From positions 62,001 to 125,788 of the forward strand of contig NW_026576298.1 of assembly GCF_028641065.1 (NCBI RefSeq): DNA of 63,788 bases, in the 5' to 3' direction. The stretch comes from Leucoraja erinacea (Eukaryota). A program made the translations under genes and the position numbers. The notes beneath the pieces were generated by a model, which ran no database searches, had not been told where the DNA came from, and was given only the letters and a program-made list of their open reading frames with translations. Shown here in pieces: positions 29,184 through 41,264 of this stretch (position 1 is its first letter; each line of letters opens with the position of its first letter).

Positions 29184-30280
29184 TAGTGCCCGGGGAGGGG
29201 GTGGTACGGATGGGAAGGGAAGAATTGACAAGGGAGTTGCGGAGGGAGCGGTCTTTGCGGAAGGCAGACATGGGGGGGGAGATGGGAAGATGTGGCGAGT
29301 GGTGGGGTCACGTTGGAGGTGGTGGAAATTGCGGAGGATTATGTGTTGTATTTGCCGGCTGGTGGGGTGAAAGGTGAGGACCAGAGGGACTCTGCCCTTG
29401 TTGCGAGTGCGGGGATGGGGAGAGAGAGCAGTGTTGCGTGGTATGGATGAGACCCTGGTGCGAGCCTCATCTATGGTGGCGGAGGGAAATCCCCGTTCCC
29501 TGAAGAACGAGGACATTTCCGATGCCCTGGTGTATATATCAGTCTGCCTTCCGCAAAGACCACTCCATCCACAACTCCCTTGTCAATTCTTCCCTTCCCT
29601 CCCGTACCACCCCCTCCCCGGGCACTTTCCGTTGCGACCGCAAGAAATGCAACACCTGTCCCTTCACCTCCCCCCTCGACTCCATTCAAGGACCCAAGCA
29701 GTTGTTTCAGGTGCGACAGAGGTTTACCTGTATCTCCTCCAACCTCATCTACTGCATCCGCTGCTCTAGATGTCAGCTGATTTACATCGGGGAGACTAAG
29801 CGGAGGTTGGGCGATCGTTTCGCCGAACACCTCCGCTCAGTCCGCAATAACCTACCTGATCTCCCGGTGGCTCAGCACTTCAACTCCCCCTCCCATCCCC
29901 AATCCGACCTCTCTGTCCTGGGTCTCCTCCATTGCCAGAGTGAGCAACACCGGAAATTGGAGGAACAGCACCTCATATTCCGCCTGGGTAGCTTGCGTCC
30001 TGATGGCATTAACGTTGAATTCTCCCAATTTTGCTAGCCCTTGCTGTCTCCTCCCCTTCCTTAACCCTCGAGCTGTCTCCTCCCATCCCCTGCCCTCGGG
30101 CTCCTCCTCCTCCCTTTTTCCTTCCTTCTCCCCCCACCCCACCCCCATCAGTCTGAAGAAGGGTTTCGGCCCGAAACGTCGCCTATTTCCTTCGCTCCAT
30201 GGATGCTGCTGCACCCGCTGAGTTTCTCCAGCAATTTTGTGTACCTTCGATCTTCCAGCATCTGCAGTTCCTTCTTGAAC
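29184..30280 (+). mobile_element. Penelope-like element (GIY-YIG endonuclease, Cys-rich linker; Neptune-type), 5'-truncated with an inverted 5' segment
   Basis: ORF 29522..30037: CDRKKCNTC...FTCISSNLIYCIRCSRCQLIYIGETKRRLGDRFAEH...VAQHFN...GINVEF. Segment 29184-29535 on - encodes the upstream region (FRERGFP..RVPLVLTFHP). Confidence 0.9.
30153..30180 (+). ncRNA. minimal hammerhead-ribozyme-like motif in the Penelope terminal repeat
   Basis: CTGAAGA-A-GGG(TTTCGG)CCC-GAAAC-GTC gives the CUGANGA and GAAA core, stem II, palindromic minimal stem III and GUC triplet. Helix I is weak. Confidence 0.55.
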
Positions 30281-30617
30281 AGATTATTCCCGATGTTGGG
30301 GAAGTCCAGAACTAGGGGTCACAGTTTAAGGATAAGAGGGAAGTCTTTTAGGACCGAGATGAGAAAATCATTTTTCACACAGAGAGTGGTGAATCTGTGG
30401 AATTCTCTGCCACAGAAGGTAGTTGGGGCCACAGTTCATTGGCTATATTTAAGAGGGAGTTAGATGTGCCCCTTGTGGCTAAAAGGATCAGGGGGTATGG
30501 AGAGAAGGCAGGTATGGGATACCGAGTTGGATGATCAGCCATGATCATATTGAATGGCGGTGCAGGCTCGAAGGGCTGAATGGGCTACTCCTGCACCTAT
30601 TTTCTATGTTTCTATGT
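30281..30617 (+). mobile_element. CR1 LINE 3' fragment
   Basis: RLFPMLGKSRTRGHSLRIRG...FFTQRVVNLWNSLP, with TTCTATGT tail. Confidence 0.85.
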
Positions 30618-30628
30618 TATTTTCCAAG

Positions 30629-30684
30629 GTTCCATGGATTCTTGCACCGATTGTTATGTGGGTGACTCCATTCATTTAAGAAAG
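30629..30684 (+). CDS. candidate internal exon of the uncharacterised gene (GSMDSCTDCYVGDSIHLRK)
   Basis: ttttccaag| acceptor; phase 1 in, phase 0 out; bridges 28862 to 39450 in frame. The donor AAG|gtggtg is weak. Confidence 0.35.
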
Positions 30685-31549
30685 GTGGTGGGTTGAAAAG
30701 GCAAGCCAGACACCAGCAGGAGCCAAAGATGCTGCGGTCAAATTTTCAGGACGTACCCAGTATAAATCTCTTAGCAAATAATAATAGGATTAGGCAGTGT
30801 CAACATGGGCTGAAGTGAAATTGTATTTGCTAAATGCTGGTGTATTTGGTGATGAAAACTACCTGGATAGGACAGATAACTCGATAGATGCTTATTTGGA
30901 CTTCAAGAAGGCCCACTTTCACGAACTAATTCGCGACCTTTTTTACTCGTGGACATGTTTCATCGTGCTAGAAAAAAAACGCCCCGGGCCTACTTGATGC
31001 CACGAATGCCTACGACTAGCCTCACGGCCTGCTACGACCTACCTACGACCTTGTGATGGCCATGCTGTGAGGATACTGAGTTGGATGATCAGCCATGATC
31101 ATATTGAATGGCGGTGCAGGCTCGAAGGGCCGAATGGCCTACTCCTGCACCTAATGTCTATGTTTCTATGAGTCAAGGGCAAACTCGGCAGAGGTGGTGA
31201 ATTAGGTCTTGAAAGTGGGACAGGCCCTTTACATGGAAACACAAGAAACTGCAGATGCCAGCCTATTGAACAAAACACAAAGCGCTGGAGGATCTGGATG
31301 GAGTGGATGTGGAGAGGATGTTTCCACTGGTGGGAGATTGTAGGACCAGAGGGCACAGCCTCAGAATAAGAAGGATGGCACCTTTAGAAAGGAGTTGGGG
31401 GAATAATTTCTTTAGTCAGAGGGTGGTGAATCTGTGGAATTCATTGCCACAGGCCAAGTCAGTGGATATTTGGTTTAAGAAGGTACTGCAGATGCTGGAA
31501 AATCGAAGGTGGACAAAAATGCTGGAGAAACTCAGCGGGTGAAATTGAA

Positions 31550-32400
31550 ACATAGAAACATAGAAAATAGGTGCAGGAGTAGAGGCGATTCGGCCCTTCG
31601 AGCCTGCACCGCCATTCAATATGATCATGGCTGATCATCCAACTCAGTATCCTGTACCTGCCATCTCACCATACCCCCTGATCCCTTTAGCCACAAGGGC
31701 CACATCTAGCTCCCTCTTAAATATAGCCAATGAACTGGCCTCAACTACCTTCTGTGGCAGAGAATTCCACAGATTCATCACTCGCTGTGTGAAAAATGTT
31801 TTCCTCATCTCGGTCCTAAAAGATTTCCCCCATATCCTTAAACTGTGACCCCTTGTTCTGTACTTCCCCAACATCGGAAGCAATCTTCCTGCATCTAGCC
31901 TGTCCAACCCCTTAAGAATTTTGTAAGTTTCTATAAGATCCCCCCTCAATCTTCTAAATTCTAGCGAGTACAAGCCAAGTCTATCCAGTCTTTCTTCATA
32001 TGAAAGTCCTGACATCCCAGGAATCAGTCTGGTCATATATAAGATTGTTAAGGGTTGGGACACACTAGAGGCAGGAAACATGTTCCCGATGTTGGGGCAG
32101 TCCAGAACCAGGGGCCACACACAGTTTAAGAATAAGGAGTAAGCCATTTAGCACGCAGACGAGGAAACACTTTTTCTCGCAGAGAGTGGTGAGTCTGTGG
32201 AATTCTCTGCCTCAGAGGGCGATGGAGGCCGGTTCTCTGGATGCTTTCAAGAGAATGCTAGGTAGGGCTCTTAAAGATAGCGGAGTCCGGGGATATGGGG
32301 AGAAGGCAGGGACGGGGTACTGATTGGGGATGATCACATTGAATGGCGGTGCTGGCTCGAAGGGCCAACTGGCCTACTTCTGCACCTATTGTCTATTGTC
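31550..32400. mobile_element. back-to-back CR1 3' fragments (- then +)
   Basis: ORF 31644..32147(-) is CR1 RT C-terminus; a second subfamily copy on + starts at ~32035. Confidence 0.85.
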
Positions 32401-35400
32401 TATTGGTATACAAAAGTGCTGGAGAAACTCAGCGGGTGCAGCAGCATCTATGGAGCGAAGGAAATAGGCAACATTTCGGGCCGAAACCCTTCTTCAGACT
32501 GTCTATTGTCTATTGGTGAAAATATCCACTCAATGTATATGTTTAAGGTTAAGATTGGTAGATAGTTGATTTGTGCGGGTGTCAGGGGTTGTGGAGAGAA
32601 GGCAGGAGAATGGGGTAGGGAGGGAGAGATGGTTCAGCCATGATTGCATGGTGGAGTAGACTTGATGTGGGCCGAGTGGCCTGATTCCCCCTCCTCGAAC
32701 TATTGATGGTCGATGGCAAACCCTTCAATCCAGGCAGCATTCTGGTAAACCTTCTCTGCACGCTCGGCAAAGTTGTAGTGTCGTTCTCCTCTTCCGATGA
32801 GGAATCAACGGATGGCACGTTTCCCCTCCCCCATCAAGGATTCCAGGCGTAGGGCCCAAAGCCAACTTCCAAGAGTCACGGCTGCGCAGTGCCAGAGACC
32901 CAGGTTCACAAGGTCACAAGTGATGGGAGCAGTGGGAGGAAACTTGAAGATCTTGGAGAAAACCCACGCAGGTCACGGGGAGAAGGTACAAACTACAAAC
33001 TGTGTACAGCGGAGCCCGTGGTCGGGATGGAACCCGGGTCTCCGGCGCAGCGAGCCGGCGACTCTACCCGCTGTGCCGCAAAGAGATAGGAGCAGAATTA
33101 GGCCATTCGGCCCATCAAGCCAACTCCGACATCCAATCAATTATGGCTGATCTACCTCTCCCTCCTCCCCCCATTTTCCTGCCTTCTCCCCCGTAACCCA
33201 TGACCCTTGACACCCGTACTAATCAAGAGTCTAAGGTAGACAAAAATGCTGGAGAAACTCAGCAGGTGAGGCAGCATCTATGGAGCGAAGGAAATAGGCG
33301 ACGTTTCGGGTCGAGACCCTTCTTCAGACTGATGTGGGGGCGGGGCGGGGGGGGGGGGGGGGAGATGAAAGGAGGAGGAAATAAAAAGGGTCTCGACCCG
33401 AAACGTTGCCTATTTCCTTCGCTCCATAGATGCTGCTGCACCCGCTGAGTTTCTCCAGCATTTTTGTCTACCTTTGATTTTCCAGCATCTGCAGTTCCTT
33501 CTGAAACAGTCAAGAATCTATCTCTCTCTCTCTCTCCGCCTTAAATATATCCATTGAATTGTGGCCTCCACAGGCCGTCTGTGGCAAAGAATTCCACAGA
33601 TTCACCACCCTCTGACCAAAGAACTTTGTTTGATCCTGACCTCGGCCACCGTCTGCATGGAGTTTGTAACGTACGTTCTCCCTGTGACCACGTGAGCTTT
33701 CTCCAGTTGCTCTGGTTTCCTCCCACACTCCAAAGACGGCCGATTTGGAGGTTAGTTGGCTTGTGTAAATTGCCTTGAGTGTGTGTGTGTACGATAGAAT
33801 TAGCGTATGGATGTCCTTTGGCTGGCTTGGGCTCGATGGGCAGAAAGGCCTGTGTCAACGCTGTATCACTAAACCAATCTAGTGTGAATGGGTGGTAGAC
33901 AAAAATGCTGGAGGAACTCAGCGGGCGAGGCAGCGTCTATGGAGCGAAGGAATAGGCGACGTTTCGGGTCGAGAGACTGGTGTGAATGGGTGTTCGCTGG
34001 TTGGTGTGGACTGGGTGTGAAGAAAGGCCTGTTCCTGCTCTGTATCCCTCAACTAAACTAGAACAAGTCAGAAGAGCTCGCAAATATAAGCCTGTGACTA
34101 TCATGAATGGTCTTTTTTTGGAGATTAAGATCCGGAGGTTGCAGGTAGTGGAAGCAGGTAGGGAGACTGACGAAAACCTCCGGGAACCGCACGGAAACCT
34201 TGGGTGGGGCGCAAAGTCTCCAGAGGTTTCCGTTCAGGTTTCCTAAGTGGGACAGGGGCATTAGGAAACATAGAAACATAGGTGCAGGAGTAGGCCATTC
34301 GGCCCTTCGAGCCTGCACCGCCATTCAATATGATCATGGCTGATCATCCAACTCAGTATCCTGTACCTGCCTTCTCTCCATACCCCCTGATCCCTTTAGC
34401 CACAAGGGCCACATCTTCACCCCTGCAATTCCCTGCTGCCATGGGCAGTTTAGTTGAGAGACGCAGCATGGAAACAGGCCCTTCGGTCCGCCGAGTCCAC
34501 ACTGGCCCTCAGTCACCCACTAGTTTTTAGTTTTTGGAGAAACAGGACCTTCCGCCCACTGAGTCCACGCCGATCAGCGATCCCCCCACACACTCGGGAC
34601 AATTTTACATCTACACCAAGCCAATTAGCCTACAAACCTGCACGTCTTTGAAGTGTGGGAGGAAACCGAAGTCTCGGTGAAAACCCACGCAGGTCACGGG
34701 GAGAACGTACAAACTCTGTGCAGACAGCGCCCGTGGTCAGGATCGAACCGGGGACTCTGGCGCTGCCCCACCGTGCCGCCCCTTAGTTCTACATTATCCC
34801 ATCCGCTCCCTCCACACTAGCGGTCAGTTTACAGAGGGCCAATTAACCTACAGACCCGCGCGGGCACGTCTTTGCCACGTAGGAAGAAACCAAAGGAATC
34901 CCTCGCGGTCACAGGGAGAGCATGCAGACTCCACATAGAAAGCACCCGAGGTCAGGAGCGAACCCGGGTCTCTGGCGCTGTGATCAGCCGCTCTACCCGC
35001 TGCACCACCACGATCTCCCATCCCCGACTCTCATTTATCCCCTCCCTCCCTCCTCTCCTTCTCTGTCCCCTTACACCTGTAAATCTCCTTCTGGGCTTCC
35101 ACTTCACTCCTCACATCGAAACATAGACAATAGGTGCAGGAGGAGGCCATTTGACCCTTCGAGCCAGCACCGCCATTCATTGTGATCATGGCTGATCGCC
35201 CCCAATCAATAACCCGTGCCTGCCTTCTCCCCGTATCCCTTGACTCCACCAGCCCCTAGAGCTCTATTTAACTCTCTCTTAAATCCATCCAGTGACTTGG
35301 CCTCCACTGCCCTCTGTGGCAGGGAATTCCACTAATTCACAACTCTCTGGGTGAAAACTTTTTTTCTCACCTCAGTCTTAAATGGCCTCCCCTTTATTCT

Positions 35401-35889
35401 AAGACTGTGTGTGTGGCCCCTGGTTCTGGACTTGCCCAACATTGGGAACATTTTTCCTGCATCTATCTTGTCCAGTCCTTATAAAATTTTATATGTTTCT
35501 ATAAGATCCCTCCTCATCCTTCTAAGCTCCAGTGAATATAAGCCTAGTCTTTTCAATCTTTCCTCATATGACAGTCCCGCCATCCCAGGGATCAATCTCG
35601 TGAACCCAAGCTGCACTGCCTCAATCACAAGGATGTCCTTCCTCAAATTAGGAGGGCAAAACTGGACTCCAGCATTTTCGATTTTTCCAGCATCTGCAGT
35701 TCCTTCTTAAACAGGAGAAGGTGGATAACGTTTAATGCAAGATAAAGTCCGATTAAAGATAGTCTGATGGTCTCCAATGGGAGATATGGTAAGCTAGGAT
35801 CGCTCTCTAGTTGGTTATAGGACGGTTCGGTTGCCTGATAAAAGCCAAACTGTCTCCGAATCTGGAGATGTGTGCGTTTGTTTTCACGT

Positions 35890-36430
35890 TTGCAGTTTTG
35901 CTCCCCTAATTTGAGGAAGGACATTCTTGCTATTGAGGGAGTGCAGCGTAGGTTCACCAGGTTAATTCCCGGAATGGCGGAACTGTCATATGTTGAGAGA
36001 ATGGAGCGGCTGGGCTTGTACACTCTGGAGTTTAGAAGGATGAGAGGGTATCTCATTGAAACATATAAGATTGTTAAGGGTTTGAACATGCTAGAGGCAG
36101 GAAACATGTTCCCGATGTTGGGAAAGTCCAGAACCAGGGGCCACAGTTTAAAAATAAGGAGTAAGCCATTTAGAATGGAGACGAGGAAACACTTTTTCTC
36201 ACGGAGAGTGGCGAGTCTGTGGAATCCTCTGCCTCAGAGGGCGGTGGAGGCAGGTTCTCTGGATGCTTTCAAGAGAGCTAGATAGGGCTCATAAAAATAG
36301 CAGAGTCAGGGGATATGGGGAGAAGGCAGGAACGGGGTACTGATTGGGGATGATCAGCCATGATCACATTGAATGGCGGTGCTGGCTCGAAGGGCCGAAT
36401 GGCCTACTCCTGCACGTATTGTCTGTTGTC
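35890..36430 (+). mobile_element. CR1 LINE 3' fragment
   Basis: ORF 35872..36285, CR1 RT C-terminus. Confidence 0.9.
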
Positions 36431-36721
36431 ACACTTCTGTCCCTCTTGCCCGATGGGAGAGGGGTGAAGAGGGAGTGACCGGGGGTGAACTGGTCCCTTG
36501 ATGATGCTGCTGGCCTTGCCGAGGTGTAGATGCTGAATGAAAGGCAGGTTGGTTTGTGCGATGGCCCTTAGTACACCAACACCCTCCCCCTCTCCGGAAG
36601 GGATGTACTGGTGGATTCAAGTCAGAAGACTCACGATTGCTTAATTCTCATGTCTCCCCTGAACAGAACAATACAATACTTGTAGTAGCATAACAGGCAT
36701 CATACAGATAATATATATATA

Positions 36722-37380
36722 CTAGACTAAATGGGACCCGTTGGATCCCAGCATCACACGGGAGGGCTGGTCACCAACACAATATTCCACCTCTCCACCA
36801 ATTCTAATGTTGCTCGCTAGTAGGGAGGGGGGCTGTCTGTTGCGCTAGTATGGGTGTTGCGGGCCGAAGGTACTGGTTTCCAAAGGGCTAGTATAGACAT
36901 TGTGGGCCGAATGGATTCTTGGGCTGGCATCCAACTGTTGCAACAATTTTAAAAGGCAAGGCAAACAATTGGGCTGCAGCCACTTTACAGCCGCATCGAG
37001 GGGACTCATCGTGGAGTAGACGTGCGTTCAGTGATATTCGCAGCTCAGAGAGCCGTGACCCTCTCGCTTCCTGGGTCTGGCAGAGACGGAATGAGGCACT
37101 ACGCTTCCGGGTTTTATAGTCCCTCGCCCTGCCGCCAGCGGGGGCAGCAGAGAGAATGGGGATTTTTTTTAAAAAAACATTAATATCTCTCGGATTTTTT
37201 TTTATTTTTTATTTTTAATTTTTATTAGAAGTACGGTAAATTACATCGATGGGAAAAATCCTCTGGTCCCGGAAGGCGGAGGGGGCCTCTGAGCGAGGTG
37301 GCCAAAAATGATGGCGTTCTCTCGGAAATCGCAGCGCAGTGGGCCAAAAGCGGTCAAGATCAGACTTTTAGTAATATAGA
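36722..37380 (-). mobile_element. non-autonomous Helitron
   Basis: On -: A|TCTATATTAC at the 5' end, CTAG|T at the 3' end, subterminal hairpin (+ 36732-36750 TGGGACCC-GTT-GGATCCCA) about 10 nt from the end; no TSD. Confidence 0.7.
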
Positions 37381-38374
37381 TGATAACCACTAACCCTAGG
37401 CGGTCACGGTGTTGCAGCGGTAGAGTTACTGCCTTACAGCGCCAGAGACCCGGGTTCGATCCTGACTACTGACACTGTCTGCACGGAGTTAGTACATTCT
37501 TCCCGTGACCGGCATGGGTCTTTTTTGAGATATTCCGACACTCCAAAGACGTACAGGTTTGAAGGTTAATTGGCCAGGTAGAAAGGCAAAATTGTCCCTA
37601 GTGTGTGCAGGGTAGTGTTAGTCTGCGGGGATCGCCGCTGGTCGGCGCGGACTCGGTGGGCCGAAGGGCCTGTATTTCTAAACCAAATGAAAACCCGATG
37701 TCTTTAATGATCCAGAGAAGTTCGTAGTTAAGTTGTACTCAAGAGCCTGATGGATGTTGAGAAGGCCTGGTTCTTTTCAGGCTCCCGATGGAGGGAGTGA
37801 AGGTACAGGAGTGATCACAATGAATGGCGGTGCTGGCTCGAAGGGCTAAATGGCCTCCGCTTGCACCTATTTTCTATGTTTCTAAACTCAGCGGATGAGA
37901 CTGTGGAAGGTAGACAAAAATGCTGGAGAAACTCAGCGGATGAGACGGCATCTATGGAGCGAAGGAATAGGTGACGTTTCGGGTCGAGACCCGGAAGGGT
38001 CTCGACCCGAAACGTCACCTATTCCTTCGCTCCATAGATGCTGCCTCACCCGCTGAGTTTCCAGAAGGGTCTCACCCGAAACATCGCCCATTCCTTCGTT
38101 TCCAGAAGGGTCTCGTCCCGAAACGTCGCCCATTCCTTCGCTCCATAGATGCTGCCTCACCCGCTGAGTTCCCAGAAGGGTCTCGTCCCGAAACGTCGCC
38201 TATTCCTTCGCTCCATAGATGCTGCCTCACCCACTGAGTTTCTCCAGCATTTTTGTCAACCTTCCACTTAATCCTGTTCCGTCCACTGTGGACGGCTCGA
38301 TTGTAATCATGTACAGTCTTTTCGCCAACTGGATTTTCACCGCATCTCGGTACACGTGACAATAAGGAACTAAG

Positions 38375-38710
38375 CACCGGAAATTGGAGGAACAGCACCT
38401 CATATTCCGTTTGGGGAGTCTGCACCCCAGGGGCATGAACATCGAATTCTCCCAATTTTGTTAGTCCTTGCTGTCTCCTCCCCTTCCTCAGCCCCCCTGC
38501 TGTCTCCTCCCATCCCCCAGCCTTCTGGCTACTCCTCCTTTTCCCTTTCTTGTCCCCACCCACCCCCACCCCCGATCAGTCTGAAGAAGGGTTTCGGCCC
38601 GAAACGTTGCCTATTTCCTTCGCTCCATAGATGCTGCTGCACCCGCTGAGTTTCTCCAGCTTTTTTGTGTAACCTTCGATTCTCCAGCATCTGCAGTTCC
38701 CTCTTAAACT
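38375..38710 (+). mobile_element. Penelope-like element 3' fragment with intact hammerhead-like core (38581-38608)
   Basis: HRKLEEQHLIFRLGSLHPRGMNIEF plus terminal repeat. Confidence 0.85.
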
Positions 38711-39449
38711 AAAGAACCACCGTGTGTAGGAAGGAACTGCAGATGCTGGTTTAAACCGAAGTTGGACACAAAAAGCTGGAGCAACTCAGCGGGACGGGCA
38801 GCGTCTCTGGAGAGAAGGAATGGGTGACGTTTCGGATCGAGTCTGAAGAAGGGTCTCGACCCGAAACGTCGCCCATTCCTTCTCTCCAGAGATGCTGCCC
38901 GTCCCGCTGAGTTACTCCAGCTTTTTGTGTCTAAAGAACTATTATTTAACGGGAAGCCTTACAAGATAAAGTCGAGCATTAGACCATCTCCCTCATGACC
39001 CCCTCGGTAATGCACACACCAACGGCAATATATCTTTCAAGAAGGATTTGTGGATTTAAGAGAGAGTTAGATAGAGCACTCGGGGCTGGTGGAGTCAAGG
39101 GATATGGGGAGAAGGCAGGCACGGGTTATTGATAGGGGACGATCAGCCATGATCACAGTGAATGGCGGTGCTGGCTCGAAGGGCCGAATGGCCTCCTCCT
39201 GCACCTATGTTTCTATGTTTCTAAGGGTATCGGCCCGAAACGTTGCCTATTTCCTTCGCTCCATAGATGCTGCCTCACCCGCTGAGTTTCTCCAGCATTT
39301 TTGTTTACCTTCGATTTTCCAGCATCTGCAGTTCCTTCTTAAACATTATATCTTCAACATATCATTCCACGCCTTGGGGACAAGGCTACGATTGCGTTTC
39401 GTTAAGATGGTAAAGTCCTTTCTGTTCATTCTTCCCCCACCCCCCACAG

Positions 39450-39507
39450 ATTGCCTCTGTAGACGCTGACTGGAGTCAAGCACCTCACAACTCGTTCAAA
39501 GAAAGAG
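39450..39507 (+). CDS. putative internal exon of the uncharacterised gene (IASVDADWSQAPHNSFKER)
   Basis: Polypyrimidine tract with ccccacag| acceptor and AG|gtaaga donor, in non-repeat sequence. Ends in phase 1, matching the acceptor at 43771. Confidence 0.6.
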
Positions 39508-39974
39508 GTAAGAAAGGCTTCCTCATTCGCCCTTTGATCTCCTCGGTGCTTGTAGCGGGCTCCACTGCCCCTTCGGACTTTACGCTTTAAGAATTCAAGT
39601 AGTCCCACTACGATGGGGACTGCCATCTTGCCCCCCCCAAACCTGGGTGGGTTTCCATCACAACGGTGGTGCAGCGGCAGGTTCGATCCTGACTGCAGGC
39701 TGCTGTCTGTATGGAGTTTGGACCTCCTCCCCGTGACCCGCGTGGGTTTTCTCCTGGTGCTCCGGCTTCCTCCCACTATCCAAAGACGTGCAGGTTTGTA
39801 GGCTAATTGGCCCTCTATAAATTGTCCCTGCTGTTTAGGGTAGTTAGTGTACGGGGCGATCGCTGGTCGGCACGGACTCAATGGGCCGAAGGGCCTGTTT
39901 CCACGCTGTATCTCTAAACTAAACTAAATATTACGAAGGAGAACGCTGAAGACAGCTTGTCAGTTTGAGTCTCG

Positions 39975-40640
39975 GAGCAGGGAGGTTCTACTGCAGTTGT
40001 ACAGGGTCTTGGCGAGACCACACCTGGAGTATAGGAGCAGGAAGGTTCTACTGCAGTTGTACAGGGTCTTGGTGAGACCGCACCTGGAGTATTGCGTACA
40101 GTTTTGCTCTCCTAATCTGAGGAAAGACATTCTTGCCATAGAGGGAGTACAGAGAAGGTTCACCAGACTGATTCCTGGGATGGCGGGACTGTCATATGAA
40201 GAAAGACTGGATAGACTCGGCTTGTACTCGCTAGATTTTAGAAGATTGAGGGGGGGATCTTATAGAAACTTACAAAATTCTTAAGGGGTTGGACAGGCTA
40301 GATGCAGGAAGATTGTTCCCGATGTTGGGGAAGTCCAGAACAAGGGGTCACAGTTTAAGGAAAAGGGGGAAGTCTTTTAGGACCGAGATGAGAAAAACAT
40401 TTTTCAGACAGAGAGTGGTGAATCTGCCACAGAAGGTAGTTGAGGCCACACAGTTCATTGGCTATATTTAAGAGGGAGATAGATGTGGCCCTTGTGGCTA
40501 AAGGGATCAGGGGGTATGGAGAGAAGGCAGGTACAGGATACTGAGGTGGATGATCAGCCATGATCACATTGAATGGCGGTGCAGGCTCGAAGGGCCGAAT
40601 GGCCTCTACTCCTGCACCTATTGTCTATGTTTCTATGTCT
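39975..40640 (+). mobile_element. CR1 LINE 3' fragment
   Basis: ORFs 39997..40284 and 40289..40471 are CR1 RT C-terminus. Confidence 0.9.
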
Positions 40641-41264
40641 TCACACTCACACATTGGCCAAATTTAGACAAATAGAGGTTATTGTTAATACCTCCTCTTT
40701 GAAAGACGATTGCAATTAGGTAGCTTTGCTATAACATATGTTTCCATACCACAAATTTTTAAAAAAACGTGATTGAATTAGAGAACACTGTATTACATGG
40801 GCCAAATTGGTTTTGATCGGGAACAAGGGAACCACTTAAAAGTTACTTTGGAAATTTGTCTTGCAGGGAAAAAAGCTGTCTTTCAAAAAGTAAACAGTCT
40901 GGGGGGAAAAAAGTTCCAATGTAACCTCCCTGCAGCAATCAGATACCACTGCCTCTTAACAAAAGAGTCTGCCAGTTTCATCATAGAAACATAGAAACTA
41001 AGTGCAGGAGTAGGCCACTCAGCCCTTCGAGCCTGAACCGCCATTCAATATGATCATGGCAGATCATCCAACTCATTATCCTGTACCACCTGCCTTCTCT
41101 CATGGAAGGAATGGGAGGCTATTGATCTCAGTAGGATAGTGTTAATGGTGGGCTGAAGGGCCTGTTTCCGCGCTGTGTCTCGGATCTAATCTAAAAAATA
41201 ATCGAAAATCTAACGGTTTGTGCAGTTACCCGAAATGAGAGAATTCAATAATGTTCCATGAATT

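Noticed and set aside
30750-30910. Apparent LRR-like exon (DVPSINLLANNNRIRQ) and ORF 30797..30997
   Set aside because: Better explained as a decayed CR1 reverse-transcriptase segment (IRQ.QHG...YLDF.KA).
32779-32848. Possible exon SFSSSDEESTDGTFPLPHQGFQ of the unknown gene
   Set aside because: Poor polypyrimidine tract and no convincing phase-compatible donor; cannot be supported without cDNA.
40867-40920. Possible symmetric 54-nt exon (GKKAVFQKVNSLGGKKFQ)
   Set aside because: Good acceptor and phase-compatible, but weak donor (AAT|gtaacc); left out of the model pending RNA data.
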